The translations under genes were made by a program, and so were the position numbers. Shown in pieces: positions 25,501-38,893 of a stretch of 64,000 bases of DNA. How positions within the stretch are numbered: position 1 is the stretch's first letter; every line of letters starts with the position of its first letter. The stretch comes from Squalus acanthias (Eukaryota): contig CM059427.1 in NCBI GenBank assembly GCA_030390025.1, forward strand, positions 208,382,001 through 208,446,000, in the 5' to 3' direction. A model generated the notes under the pieces. That model saw nothing but the letters and a program-made list of their open reading frames with translations, was not told where the DNA came from and did no database searches.

Positions 25501-26906
25501 GACCGGTAAGCCTGACATCGGTAGTGGAGAAAATGCTAGAGTCCATTATAAAAGATGTAATAGCAGAGCACTTGGAAAACAGTGACAGGAAAGGACAAAG
25601 TCAACATGGATTTACAAAAGGTAAATCGTGCTTGACTAATCTACTGGAATTTTTTGAGGATGTAACTGGTAAAATAGATAAGGGAGAACCAGTGGATGTG
25701 GTGTGTTTGGACTTTCAGAAGGCTTCCGATAAGGTCCCGCATAAGAGATTAGCGTGTAAAGTTAAGGCACATGGGATTGGGGGCAAGGTATTGACTTGGA
25801 TAGAGAACTGTTTGGCAGACAGAAAGCAAAGAGTTGGAATAAATGGGTCTTTTTCCGAGTTGAAGGAAGTGACTAGTGGGGTACCGCAAGGATCGGTCCT
25901 AGGATCCCAGCTATTCACAATATATATTAATGATCTAGACGAGGGAATTGGATGTAAAATCTCCATGTTTGCAGACGACACAAAGCTGGGTGGGAGTGTG
26001 TGCCGTGAGGAGGATGCCGAGAAGCTCCAGTATGATTTGGACAGGTTGGTGATTGGGCAGAAGCATGGCAGATGCAATATAATGTGGATAAATGCGAGGT
26101 TATCCACTTTGGTGTCAAAAACAGGAAGGCAGATTAGTATCTGTATTGCAATAGATTGGGAGAAGGGGAAGTGCAACAAGACCTGGGTGTCCTTGTGCAC
26201 CAGTCGCTGTAGGTAAGCATGCAGGTGCAGCAGGCGGTTAAGAAGGCAAATGGTGTGCTGGCCTTCGTAGCGAAAGGGTTTGAGTGCAGGAACAAGGATG
26301 TCTTACTATAGTTGTACAAGGCCTTGGTGAGACCACATCTTGAGTATTGTGTGCAGTTTTGGTTGCCTTATCTGGGGAAGGATGTTCTTGCCATGGAGGG
26401 AGTGCAGCGAAGATTCACCAGTCTGATACCTGGGATGACAGGAATGACGTATGAGGAGAGATTGGGTCGATTGGGCTTACACTCGCTGGAGTTCAGAAGA
26501 ATGAGAGGGGATCTCATTGAAACTTATAAAATTCTAACAGGACTGGACAGACAAAATGCAGGAAGGATGTTCCCGATGGCCGGGGAGTCCAGAACCAGGG
26601 GTCACAGTCTAAGCATAAGGGGTAAGTCATTTAGGACTGAGATGAGGAGGAATTTCTTCACCCAGAGGGTGGGGAGCCTGTGGAATTCTCTACCACAGAA
26701 GGCAGTAGAGGCCAATTCATTAAATATATTCAAGAAGGAGTTAGATATATTTCTTAAAGCTAAAGTGATCAAGAGATATGGAGAGAAGACAGGGACAGGG
26801 TAATGAATTTGGATCATCCCCCATGATCTCATTGAATGGTGGAGCAGGATCGAGGTGCTAAATGGCCTACTCCTGGTCCTATCTTCTATGTTTCTATGTT
26901 TCTATG
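22525..26906 (+). mobile_element. Full-length CR1 LINE (ORF1 Zn-finger + esterase from 22873; ORF2 APE-RT to 26803), disabled by stops/frameshifts
   Basis: CRKCIQLQLL, VLGDSIVRG, CLNARSIRNK, GPDNLHPRVLKE, GVPQGSVLG and FADD motifs; (TTTCTATG)n tail. Confidence 0.93.
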
Positions 26907-26942
26907 GTGAGGACAGTGGAATAGCGCTCAGAATTTCTCTGT

Positions 26943-27764
26943 TGTAAGAAACATTAAATCCTAATGAAAGTTGCAAGTTCTAAGGTGGTAAATGATTCCG
27001 TAGGAAATAGATCTGCTAACACAGCAAGTAAGGCTGACTGATCATCCAGAAAGAATTCCAATCACATCAGATTAGAACAGAGAGAGGCCTTAGTGCAACA
27101 CAAGTACAAGCAGGCCTCCCAAACAGACATAGCGAGACTGATAATGGAGACAGCAGGGAACCAGCCAGCCGAATGAGCAAAACATTCTTAACCATAATAA
27201 AACATTTAACACAAAGTTAAGAAATAACTGAGCTCCAGCTCAGGAAATAAGATGATTAGGTAGTACCTTTGCCTTGGTAATGAAAGTCATGAGTTGGATG
27301 AAACATTATGGACACCTGTGAGCCAAGCCCACCGACATAAGATACATAAATGGGCAACAAAGAGAGAGAAACTGGCTGTTAGGGGAAGGGCTTCTCGGAG
27401 GGGATGAATGATATCTTCGGCTTAACACTCTGATCAGGCTCGACCTCTGAGGTGGTTCCATGCTGACTGACAGCCTAACACCTCCGACAGCTCGAGGAGA
27501 GACCCAACAGAAATGCCCGTTGTTGCAGACAGAGACATCCATCAACATTCATCGACGTCCGTCCGTCCAGCGTCCGTCCATCCGTCCGATCGTTTCGTTC
27601 AGACCATTCCATCGCGGGGCTCTTATCTGTCACGCGTTGTATGTCTACAATATCTATTTCAATCGCATGTAGTATCTGATTATGCTTAAACTGTAGCTCT
27701 CTAATAATAAGCTGTACAACTCCTAAGACCCTTTTGGGTAATCAGTGTGATCCATAATCTTACA
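26943..27764 (+). mobile_element. Solo LTR (822 bp) with 4-bp TSD CTGT
   Basis: TGTAAGA...TCTTACA inverted termini with CTGT on both sides (26939-26942 and 27765-27768). Strand assignment is tentative. Confidence 0.8.
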
Positions 27765-27819
27765 CTGTCGAGGGTCACACGTGTAGATTGGGCACATGGG
27801 TAACACATTGGAGAGAAAC

Positions 27820-28410
27820 AGGTGAGCGTAGAAGTGAACTCAGCCAGAGTCAGCACCTTCAGGCGAGTAGTGGGAGGTACCAGCGGGTGTAGAACTGAAC
27901 CCAGCCAGAGTCAGCACATTCAGGGGAGGAGAGGGAGGGGAACCAGTGAGTGTAGAACTGAACTCAGCCAGAGTCAGCACCTTCAGGGAGGAGAGAGAGG
28001 GGAACCAGTGAGTGTAGAACTGAACCCAGCCAGAGTCAGCACCTTAATGGGAGGAGAGGGAGGGGAACCAGTGAGTGTCGAACTGATCTCAGCCAGAGTC
28101 AGCACCTTCAGGGGAGGAGAAAGAGGGGAACCAGTGAGTGTAGAACTGAACTCAGCTAGAGTCAGCACCTTCAGGGGAGGAGAGGGAGGGGAATCAGTGA
28201 ATGTAGAACTGACCCTAGCCAGAGTCAGCACTTTCAGGGGAGGAGAGGGAAGGGAACCAGTGAGTGTGGAACTGAACCCAGCCAGAGTCAGCAGCTTCAG
28301 GGTAGGAGATGAGGGGAACCAGTGAGTGTAGAACTGAACCCAGCCAGAATCAACACCTTCAGGGGAGGAGTGAGAGGGGATCCAGTGAGTGTGGAACTGA
28401 ACCCAGTCAC
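27820..28410. repeat. 63-bp purine-rich minisatellite, ~9 copies
   Basis: GAACCAGTGAGTGTAGAACTGAACCCAGCCAGAGTCAGCACCTTCAGGGGAGGAGAGGGAGGG repeats. Confidence 0.92.
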
Positions 28411-31400
28411 GGAAATTTGAAGAATTTGAGTGGGTCGATAGCGAGAAAATATTTCTTCTGGTTGTGGAGTCCAGCAAAATGAGGCTTAAATTAAAATTAT
28501 AGTTGGGCCGTTCAGGGGTGATGCCAGAATGCCCTTCTTCACACAAAGGGCAGTGAAAATCTGGAACTCTCTACAATCCTCCACATTGTTTATAACATTT
28601 TCAAGTTTTGTTTCATCTTCAAAATTTTAAATTGTGGCTCCTAGGTACAGCTCATTAATATATATAAAAAAGAGCAGTGGACCCTGAGGGACACCACTGT
28701 ATACTTCCCTCTAGTCTGAACAAACCCGTTCACCACTACTCTCTGCTTTCTGTCCCTTACCAATGTTGTATCCATGCTGGCACTGGCTCATTAATCCCAT
28801 GGGCTTCCATTTTGCGAACAAGTCTATTACATGGCACTTTATCAAATACCTTTTGAAAGTCCATATACCCATTAACCTCACTGCCTTTATCAACCCTCTG
28901 TTATTTCATCGAAGTACTCAATCAAGTTTCTCAGATACGATTTGCCTTTTACAAATCCATGTTGGCTCTCATTTATTAACCCATGATCTTCCAAGTGACA
29001 ATTAATGTCCCGCATTTTGCTCACTAGAACTTTTCATGCCACCGATGTTTGGCTGACTTGTCTGTAGTCACCGGATTTATCCCTCTCCCCTGTTTTGAAC
29101 AGGGTGTAACATTTGGATCCCTTCAGTCTTCTGGCAACTCTCCTGTATCCAAGGAAGGTTGAAAAATTACGTTCAGGGCCTACGCTATTTCCACGCTTAA
29201 TCCCCTCAACAAGCTAGGATGCAACCCATCCGGAACAGGTGACCTTTTCTACATTGATCGCTTGCAACCTATTAATCTATTTTTATCCTATCCAATTGCT
29301 CCACCCTCCTCCTTTACCGTGACATTGGCAGATTTCACCTCTTTTTTGAAGACAGATTCAAATCAATCACATATTGTCTGAATTTAAAGTAAACATTTAA
29401 TGAATTTACATTATAAGTCAATGAGTGGTTGACAAAACATTTTAATCAATTATATAATTGTCCGTTATTATTAATGAATTTGTGATTCCATCAACAAATA
29501 TAGACACCTCCCTCGTGACTGAACCTTGATGTGCTGGGAGGGCTTGCGTGCTACCCTGACCCTGAAAGCTATGCAGCCATGAGTACAACGAAAGAAATAA
29601 AGCATTTAAAATCAACAACAAAAGGCATCCCTGGAGATGAAGTTATAGATAGCCATATACCCAAGATTACTGAAGACATTGTTAGATAGCACAGTAAGTA
29701 GTGTAGATGGATTCAATACTAAACGCATGCCTGGAGTGTAAAAAGGGCATAAAGATGGCAAAGACAATTTTTGAGTTGAATATAGCTACAGAAGGGGTTG
29801 TCAATATTTTTTTCTTTAGTTGCATTAAGAGAAAAATTGAAACGATGGACGAAGTGGGGGAACTGGAAGTGTGATCTGGTGAGGGCCTGATAACTGATGC
29901 TCCATACACATGATAACTGATGCTACATACACATGATAACTGATGCTACATACACATAATAACTGATGCTCCATACACATGATAACTGAAGCTCCATACA
30001 CATGATAACTGATGCTCCATACACAAGATAACTCATTCTACACAGACTACAAAGGGGCTAAATAAATGTTTTGCCTCAATTTTTAAAAAAGACATGTCAG
30101 GTAATTTATTAGACCTGGAAATGCGAACTAGAGGGTGTCTCAGATGTTCGCTGTGACACTATTCACATTACCACCGGCAAGGTTGACGAACAGCTGTGCA
30201 ATCTTAAGATGAATCAATCTCAGGGGCTGGGGAAGATTCATCCGAGGATACTTGTGGAGATAAGGGAGAAAATTGCAGTAACTCAGGCATAACACTGGGA
30301 GAAATTATTGAATGCTGGAGAGTTGCCGGGGACTGGAGAAAGGCAGATGCTAAGCCTATATTCTAAAAGGTAGTTGGCAAAAGTGACCAAGTAAACTACA
30401 GACCAGTGAGTTAGAGGCCCATTGTGGGTAAAGTCATGGAAACCCTGATTAAAGATAAGATCATGGACCATCTGGATTGAAACGTCATCTTACAATATAA
30501 CCAGAGGAGGCCTTTCCAATCTAGTTCACTTGTTCTCTGTGAGGGTGTGACAAAGGAGCTGGACAGGGGTGAGGCAGTGGGTGAGTTGTACTTGGCTTCA
30601 GTCAGGCCTTTTATATACATCCTCTGGAAAGGCTGGTACTGAAAAGAAAATCGTGAGAATCAGTGGAAATATTTTACAAGGGATGGGTAATTAGTACATC
30701 GATAGAGCCCAGAGAGCGGTGACAGAGGGATTGTAATCGGACTGGGAGAATGTTGCCAGTGGGGTCTCACAGAGATCTGTTTGGACCTCTTTCGTTTAAT
30801 ATCTTTATAAATTATCAGGAACTAGGAGTCACAATATTTTCAGATGAAACAGAGCTGGTGAAGGTGGCAGACTGCAAAGCAGAAGAGGACAAGCTACAGG
30901 AGGGTTTAAAAACTGGGGAATTGTGCAGACAGGCGACAGATGCCATTCAATGTAGAGAAAGGCAAAGTGCGTCACATGGAGACAAGGAATCCAGGAAGGG
31001 AAAATAACTTAAATGAAAATAAATTAATCTCCATGGAAAGTGAAAGAGATCTTTGTTTCTTATTAACAATAAATTGAAGCTATCGCAACAAAGAATAAAG
31101 CAAATCAGACGTTGGGCTGTATTAAAAGGTCAACATTGAGCCGAGATAGCGAGTCAATCCTGCCCCACTTTATAAATCATTGGTGCAACCGGGCTCAGAC
31201 TACTGTGTACAGCTCTGGACACCACAGGGTATTGCAGCTATTGAACGGACACGGAAAAGAGTCACCAGGATTGCTGGAGGATGGAGTGATTGGATTGTGA
31301 GGATCGATTCTGTAAATTGAGCATGTTCTCACTGGAAAAGAGAATATCGAGAGGTGATATGATTTCTGTTTTTTTGGATTCGAAAGGGACCAGATAATGT

Positions 31401-31660
31401 AGAGCACGACAAGTTATTTCACCTTGTCCAGAGCAGTAGAACCAGAGGACACGGCCTTCGCTTGAAGGTGGTCAATTCAAACCCAATCTGCTGAAACAAT
31501 ATTTCAGTGAGTGAGTGGTTAATCTATGGATATGCTGCCTAGGGAGTCGATGGAAGCAGTTAGTGTTGATTCTTTCAAATGCAAATTAAATAGACATCAT
31601 TCCTAGTATAACACTTGGGGACACAGTTTGTGAGTAATTAGAGACATGACATGTGGTAAG
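28411..31660. mobile_element. Old, highly decayed CR1 fragments in both orientations
   Basis: Degenerate RT and 3' motifs (minus ~28580-29380; plus ~29650-31660). A 23-bp tandem repeat (TGATAACTGATGCTCCATACACA x~6) lies at 29888-30033. Confidence 0.7.
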
Positions 31661-32542
31661 TGCAGCGTGCTCGCGAGGAACAGGTGACTGTGGCCCTCTG
31701 GTCCGTAAAGATCTCCACCGACTGGGGTTTTCCTCACCTCATGTCTGGGTTTGTTGCAGACTAATCGATGGAGATTGATTTCTGTGACTAGGCAACAACT
31801 CCATTATCATTGTATCGAGGGACGACCAGGATGGTAGAAAGTGAACTGGACTGGAGTGTATAAACGATAGTGACGATAATATTCTCATTTGGTTTGATGA
31901 GCTTCATATTTGTATGATTTTGGTGTTTATTGATTTGCCCCTTTACAAAGGGGGCACGTTCTTTAGATTAATATTTTTTATTTAATTACACTGGGGGTGT
32001 CGTCCCAGTTGGCCACTGAAAAGAGCAGAAAGTGACCTGGATGGTCTTTATCCTCCAACAATTCCTCTGTTCCTCTGTTCCTGGACACAGGAGTGCGGCT
32101 GTGGGGCGGTGCCCAGTGAGCGGAGAACAATGCGTGGGGACAGCGCATGCTCCCATTTCAGAGCGGAACCGACCCTCAAGATCCAAACCAGTCCCATTCG
32201 GGATATTGGGACCCTTCATTAACCAGTTCAAATTGATATCCAATCACAGATCAGAGGTCGGACTCCACATGAATGTAGAGATACTCCAGGGCCCTCGGGG
32301 CTGGTGGGAATGTTCCAGGCCTGAGTCAGCACCGACAAGAGAACTGGAAACTAACTGAGAACGGGTTACAAAACTGAATTGTGCGCTGATGAAGTGTTCC
32401 TTATACATTCTTAAATTCACATCGGGTAAGGATCTTACAGAGAGTGACTGTGTATCAGGGAGGGGAGACTGTGTCTGACATGGACAAGAAGAGCATGACA
32501 TGGAATATAAGGTACAATTCATGCTATACTTTACTATTTTCA

Positions 32543-35500
32543 TCATTTAAATAATTTACCAATTAGACTCAGTGGATATTTCACCCCATTATTTAACTCC
32601 TCTCTGAATTTACTCTGGGTACCTGCATAAATAAACGGGTTGATGCAGGAACTCAGAAGCTGAAGCATAAATCCGCTTTCCTCCAGAATAAAATTCGATT
32701 CCTTGAAATTGGAACCGGAGAAGTAAGTAACGTTCGCAATCCGGACATAGAGGAAAGTTAAAAGATACAACAAATATAAAAGTATGAAACTGCCCGAGAT
32801 ACAGAAGAGTAAAACCATGGAATTTCTCCGCTTCTCCATCTCTGGGTCACTTTGATTCTCTCCACTGCTGTGGGCCCGGAGTCTCCTGCGGGCTCTACTG
32901 GCCGCTAGAATGTGTCTGACGGTCAGAGCATTGAGCAGCAAAATCAGAATGAATGGGAGACACGGGTTTAAAATGCAATTAATCCAGTCAAACGCGGCCC
33001 ATGCAGGTGAGGTATAAAATATTAATTTTACACTGCAGAACCAGGGTATGTTGTTAATTGTGTACAAAGGTTCATATATAAAATAAAATAATGCATTTTT
33101 GATGCAGCTCACGGCACAGACCGTTCCTATAACCACCGACATTGTTTTCTCGGTGCAATATCTTGTTTTCAGCTTCTGGCAACAAATGGCCGCAAATCGA
33201 TCAAAGGTGAAAGCGACCGTTACCCAGACAGAACTGTCTATGACTCCAAAAATTATCGCAAGTTTCAGACTACATACCGGAGTGAGGGACAGGAAACTGA
33301 ACGGGAAATAAATACCAGCAATGCGGTTTAATATCACAGCAGTGATACTGACCAGGAGATCCGTCACCGCCATGGACAAAAGGTACCGAGTGATACATCT
33401 GGAGAGACCGCACCTTCCTCGGGGCAGGATCACAATCACTGCCAAGTTAGCTGTAACAGAGAGAGAGAGAGAAACAGAGCGTGAGAGAGGGAGAGAGAGT
33501 GAATGTGTGTGAGAGAGGGAGAGTGAATGAGTGTGGGTGAGAGGGAGCGAGAGTGAATGTGTGTGAGAGAGAGGGAGAGAGTGTAAATGTGAGTGAGAGA
33601 GAGGGAGAGAGAGTGAATGTGTGAGAGAGAGGGAGTGTGAATGAGTGTGAGTGAGAGGGAGCGAGAGTGAATGTGAGTGAGAGAGAGGGAGAGAGAGTGA
33701 ATGTGTGAAGAGAGAGGGAGAGAAGGGTATGTGTGTGAGAGAAAAGTGAGAAGTCGCACAACACCAGGTTATAGTCCAACAGCTTTATTTGAAATCACAA
33801 GCTTTCGGAGCGGCTGCTCCTTCGTCAGGTGACAAAGGAGCAGCCGCTCCGAAAGCTTGTGATTTCAAATAAAGCTGTTGGACTATAACCTGGTGTTGTG
33901 CGACTTCTCACTTTTGTCCACCCCAGTCCAACACCGGCATCTCCGCGTCGTGTGTGAGATAGAGGGAGAGAGAGTGAATGTGTGCGAGAGAGAGGGCGAG
34001 AGAGTGAATGTGTGTGAGAGAGAGGGAGAGAGAGTGAATGTGTGTGAGAGAGGGGGAGAGAGAATGAATGTGCGTGAGAGAGAGGGCGAGAGAGTGAATG
34101 TGTTTGAGAGAGAGGGAGAGAGAGTGAATGTGTTGGAGAGAGAGGGAGATAGAGTGAACATGTGAGAAAGAGGGGGTGAAAAAGTGAATTTGTGTGAGAG
34201 AGAGGGAGAGAGAGTGAATGTGTGTGAGAGAAAGGGAGAGAGAGTGAATGTGTGTGAGAGAGAGGAAGAGAGAGTGAATGTGTGTGAGAGAGAGGGAGAG
34301 AGAGTGAATGTGTGTGAGGGAGAGGGAGAGAGAGTGAATGTCTGTGACAGGGAGGGAGAGAGAGTGAATGTGTGTGAGAGAGAGGGAGAGAGAATGTGTC
34401 TGTGAGAGAAGGAGAGAGAGTGACTGTGTGTGAGAGAGGGAGAGAGAGTGAATGTGTGTGAGGAAGAGGGAGAGAGAGTGAATGTGTGTGACAGAGAGGG
34501 AGAGAGAGTGAATGTTTGTGAGAGAGTGGAAGAGAGAGTGAATGTGTGTGAGAGAGAGGGAGAGAGAGTGGATGTGTGTGAGAGAGAGGGAGAGAGATTG
34601 AATGTGTGTGAGAGAGAGGGAGAGAGGGTGAATGTGTGTGCGAGAGAGGGAGAGAGTGTGAATGTGTGTGAGAGAGAAGGAGATAGAGTGAATGAGTGTG
34701 AGAGAGAGGGAGAGAGAGCGAATGTGTGTGTGAGAGAGGGAGAGAGTGTGAATGTGTGTGAGAGAGAGGGAGAGAGAATTAATGTGTGTGAGAGAGTGGG
34801 AGAGAGAATGAATGTGTGTGAGAGAGAGGGAGAGAGATTGAATGTGTGTGAGAGAGAGGGAGAGAGAATGAATGTGTGTGAGAGAGAGGGAGAGAGATTG
34901 AATGTGTGTGAGAGAGAGTAGAGTGGGTGAACGTGTGTGCGAGAGAGGGAGAGAGAATGAATGTGTGTGAGAGAGTGGGAGAGAGAGTGAATGTGTGTGT
35001 GAGAGAGGGAGAGAGAGTGACTGTGTGAGAGAGAGGGAGAGAGAGAGTGAATGAGTGATAGAGGTAGAGAGAGTGAATGTGTGTGAGAGAGAGGGGGGGA
35101 GACTGAATGTGTGTGAGAGAGAGGGAGAGAGAGTGAAAGTGTGTGAGAGCGAGAACAGAAATATTGCTGGTCCGAATCCCGGCAAGATCATCCGTTTGAC
35201 AGATTTAAGTGTGAAATGTACAGCTTTGACAAGTGACCCTAAGTTGAAAACAGATCCCTTACGCTTTGGGCACCTGTTTCGGTGCTGAAAATAATTCTCC
35301 AATTTAAAAATAAGACAGACCAGTGAAATCGGAATGTAAAATAATACAATGAAACAACGGAGAGCAAGAAAGCACCACGAAATCAACGCGTTGACATCAA
35401 ATACACAAAAAATAACATACCAGTAACGCAGTAGAGAAGATATTTAAGAGAGTAAATAATAAATACGATAATGAAAGGGGAGAGTAACAAGAAAATAGGA

Positions 35501-38500
35501 AAACGTGCATTTAAAACGGATTAGGTCCTGCGGAGGACCCAAAACGCCCTCATCCGACGAATTACTGTAAAATGATTCACTTTTGGAGAATCAGCTGTCA
35601 ACTTGCGCCAAAATATTCGCAAACAGCGAGGGGAGGATTGACAATTGGTGTTTCTGTCTTTGCGGAGGGTATGTTGCGAGGAAACTCCGAGCTCTTCTTC
35701 TGATAATCACCTGGAATCTTCGGTGGCCATCGGAACCACCGGAACTGGCTGAGGATGAGGTCTGAGTCGTTGAAAGGCACCTCCTACAATGCAGTACTTG
35801 CTCAGTAATGCACAGCGCTACCTGGAAAATGATCGGTCTAGTCTTAGAGTGGCTATTGAACTTAAAACTTTATGACTCAGAAACGAAACATGCCACCAGT
35901 TATGCAGCCTCAGTCAATGAGGAGAAAAGAGTGAAGACGGGGACAGTCCGGGACATAGTCAGGTGTCAGGAGCAGAAGGAAATCCCGGGCTCAGCAGCGG
36001 TCACTGTAGAACTGTCAGCAGCAGCGAAAGTGGAAGAGGGATCCGGGCTGGTCAGTGAGAGTCAGAGTCTGAGAGCAGAAACACGGCGCTGTGTGAGTTT
36101 GGGGCAAATACAGATCCATTCATAAAACTGCCACGTGTTACCGTGTTATATTTCTGACAACAACTCAGCGCCTAATAATGTTTTTTTCAAAAATACTTCA
36201 TTATATTCATTCGGGAATTATTTATCGGTGAATAATCTCAATGAACGAATTATTTGTGGAAATTAGTCAGTCACTGCCAATGTCAGTAACACAATAGAAT
36301 TCCATGTACACAGTGATAACAGTGTGATAATTCAGCCACAGTGACAGTGTCAGTAACACAATAGAACTCCATGTACACAGTGATAACTGTCTGATAACTC
36401 ACCCAGAGTGACAGTGTCAGTAACACAATAGAACTCCATGTACACAGTGATAACAGTGTGATAATTCACGCAAAGTAAATTACTCATAATAAATAGGAAA
36501 TATATGCACACCATTATAATACAATAACAGTTCTTATCAAAATCACAAATGACATCCTGCGTGTCTGTGATCGTGGTAAACTATCCCTCTCATCTTTCTG
36601 GACCTGTCTGCAGCCTTTGACACGGTTGACCACAACCTCCTCCTCCAACGCCTCTCCTCCGTCGTCCAGCTCGCTGTGACTGTCCTCATAGCCAGAGAAT
36701 CACCTGCAATGGCTTCTCTTCCCGCTTCGCACCGTTAGCTCTTGAATCCCTGATGGATCTATCTTTGCCCCCCGCCCCACCCTATTTCTCATCTACATGC
36801 TGACCCTCGGCGACATCATCCGAAAACACAGCGTCAGGTTCCACGTATACGCTGACGACACTCAGCTCTACCTCACCATGACCTCTCTCGACCCCTCCAC
36901 TGTCTCCGACATGTCACACTGCTTCTCCGACATCCAGCCATGGATGAGCAAAAATTTCCTCCAAATAAATACTGTGTAGTCCGAAGCCATTGTCTTCGGT
37001 CCCACCACAAACTCTATTCCCTAGCCACCGCCTCCAGCCCTCTGCCTGGCAAATCTCTGAGGCTGAACCAGACAGTTCGCAAAGTTGACCTCCTATTTGA
37101 CACTGAATGGAGCTTCCAAACACATATTGGTTAAATCACCAAGACCGCCTAATTCCTTCGCCGAAATGTCGCCCGTCTCCGCCCTTGCCTCAGCTCATCA
37201 GCTGTTGAAACCCTCATCCATGCCTTTGTTACCTCTACACGTTACTATTCCAATGATCTCCTGGCCGGCCTCCCACCTTCCACCCTCCATAAACTTCAGC
37301 TCATCCAAAACAAAGCCTGCCGTAAACCCAGTCCCGTTCGCCCATCACCCCTCTGCTCGCTGACATACAATAGATCCCGGATAAGCAACGCCTCGATGTT
37401 AAAATTGTCATCCTTGATTTCAAATCCCTCCATAGCTTCGCTTCTCCCGATCATTGTAACCTCCCCAACCCTACATCATTCCGAGAGCTTGGACTTCATC
37501 TACACCTTTAAGTTGGTCCTTAAAACCTCCCTATTTAACAAAGATATTGCTGTGGTAATATCTCCTTATGCGGCTCGGTGTGAAATTTTGTATGATAACG
37601 CTCCTGTGAAGATTTTACAACTTAAAAGGGCTGTACAAATGTAAGTTGTTGTTGTTGAAAATACGACTCACAGTACAGCACCAGTAACACCATAGGAAAT
37701 AGAAGTTTACATTTATTGTAAATATATATATGTATAATAGTGTGATAATACCACTCAGTGAAATACCAATAACACAATAGGAAATATACGTACAAAAGCA
37801 AAATAGAGTGAAAGCTGGAAATCTAAAATAAAATCAGAAAATTCTGGAAATGCTCAGCAGGTCAGGCAGCATCAGTGGAGAGAGCCACACAGTTAATGCT
37901 TCAGGTCGATGACCTTTCATCAGAACTGGATAACGTTAGAGATGTAATTGATTTTAAGCAAGTACGGGCTGGGAAAGGGGGATTGGAGGTAATAGCAAAA
38001 GGGAAGTTATGCGAATGGGTGGAAGGCAGGAGTGATTAAATGACAAAAGGGATGATGGTGCAAGGCAAAGGGGGATGGTAATGGAATAAGTAAAGAATAA
38101 AAAGATGGGTGTCGAGGAGTTGTAAATGGCAACAGCAGCATAATTATCAACAGCTGCTGCCTGAGTAAATGGAAACAGTGGTTATCAACTGACATTGTTG
38201 AACTCAATGTTGAGTCCGAAAGGCTGTAAAGTGCCTAACCGAATAGGAAATATATGTACAGAGTTATAATAGTGTGATAACACTGACAGTGAAATACCAA
38301 TAATACATTAGCAAATACATGCACACAGTTATAATAGTGTGATAATACCCCTCACAGTGAAATACCAATAACACAATAGGAAATATATGTACACAGTTAT
38401 AATAGTGTGATAATACCACTCACAATGTAGCGCCATACACTGTTGAGTTTCAATAAATCATCACTTAATGAACTTGTACCGCTGAAGAGGCGGCTGTGTA

Positions 38501-38826
38501 GAAAACACATATCAACAAATATTGGAGAACCAGTCACTCAGATTAGCTATTGATTCCGTTAAATGGGAGAAATGATTGCGGTAAAGGGGGAGGAAGAATA
38601 CTGTCAAAGGGGAGAAGTTATTCCGTTAAAGGAGATAAAATATACCATGAAACGCCGAAATTGATACAGTTGAAGGAGAGAAGCGACCGGTAAATAGGAG
38701 CAGTGATACAGTTAACCAATGATTTCCATAACTAGTAACTAACTCCAATACTTTACCTGGAACCCCGATAGCTGCAATGACAGGATAGTAAAGGGCAAAC
38801 ACCAGACCTTTTGCTGACCCGTGCAT
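32543..38826 (-). CDS. GPR139-like class A GPCR, copy B, intact (exon 1 38826-38757, exon 2 33450-32543; 325 aa)
   Basis: 70 + 908 bp with a canonical phase-1 GT/AG intron. Motifs YYPVIAAIGVPANL, LLSMAVTDLLV, SSVWVTVAFTFDRF and SSCINPFIY match the GPR139/142 family and its intron position. Candidate AATAAA at 31977-31982 and 31926-31931. Confidence 0.9.
33455..35150. repeat. GA/GT-rich ~30-bp minisatellite upstream of the exon 2 acceptor of GPCR B
   Basis: (GAGAGAGGGAGAGAGAGTGAATGTGTGTGA)n. Confidence 0.95.
33742..33949. mobile_element. Short palindromic Penelope terminal-repeat insertion with a hammerhead motif (33795-33832, minus)
   Basis: Perfect 81-bp inverted arms at 33742-33822 and 33835-33915. 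The minus strand reads TCAC-CTGACGA-A-GGAGC(AGCC)GCTCC-GAAAGCTT-GTGA. Confidence 0.82.
36530..37660 (+). mobile_element. L2-clade LINE 3' fragment (orthologue of 7785-8910)
   Basis: FHVYADDTQLY motif; homologous to the copy A intron element. Confidence 0.8.
37795..38245 (-). mobile_element. Penelope 3' fragment within the AT-rich minisatellite of the GPCR B intron
   Basis: Reverse complement of the Penelope tail with a degenerate hammerhead core. Confidence 0.75.
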
Positions 38827-38876
38827 TTCTCTCAGAAGCTCTGAGCGCGCTCTGCACTACACTCACAGATTGTCAC

Positions 38877-38893
38877 ATTTATACCTGATGTCA
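38877..38893 (-). promoter_or_regulatory. Putative core promoter of GPCR copy B (TGACATCA + TATAAAT)
   Basis: Identical to the copy A motif block. Confidence 0.65.

Noticed and set aside
27822-28325. 167-aa repeat protein (EPVSVELNPARVSTFRGG)
   Set aside because: A 63-bp unit keeps frame automatically; there is no gene context.
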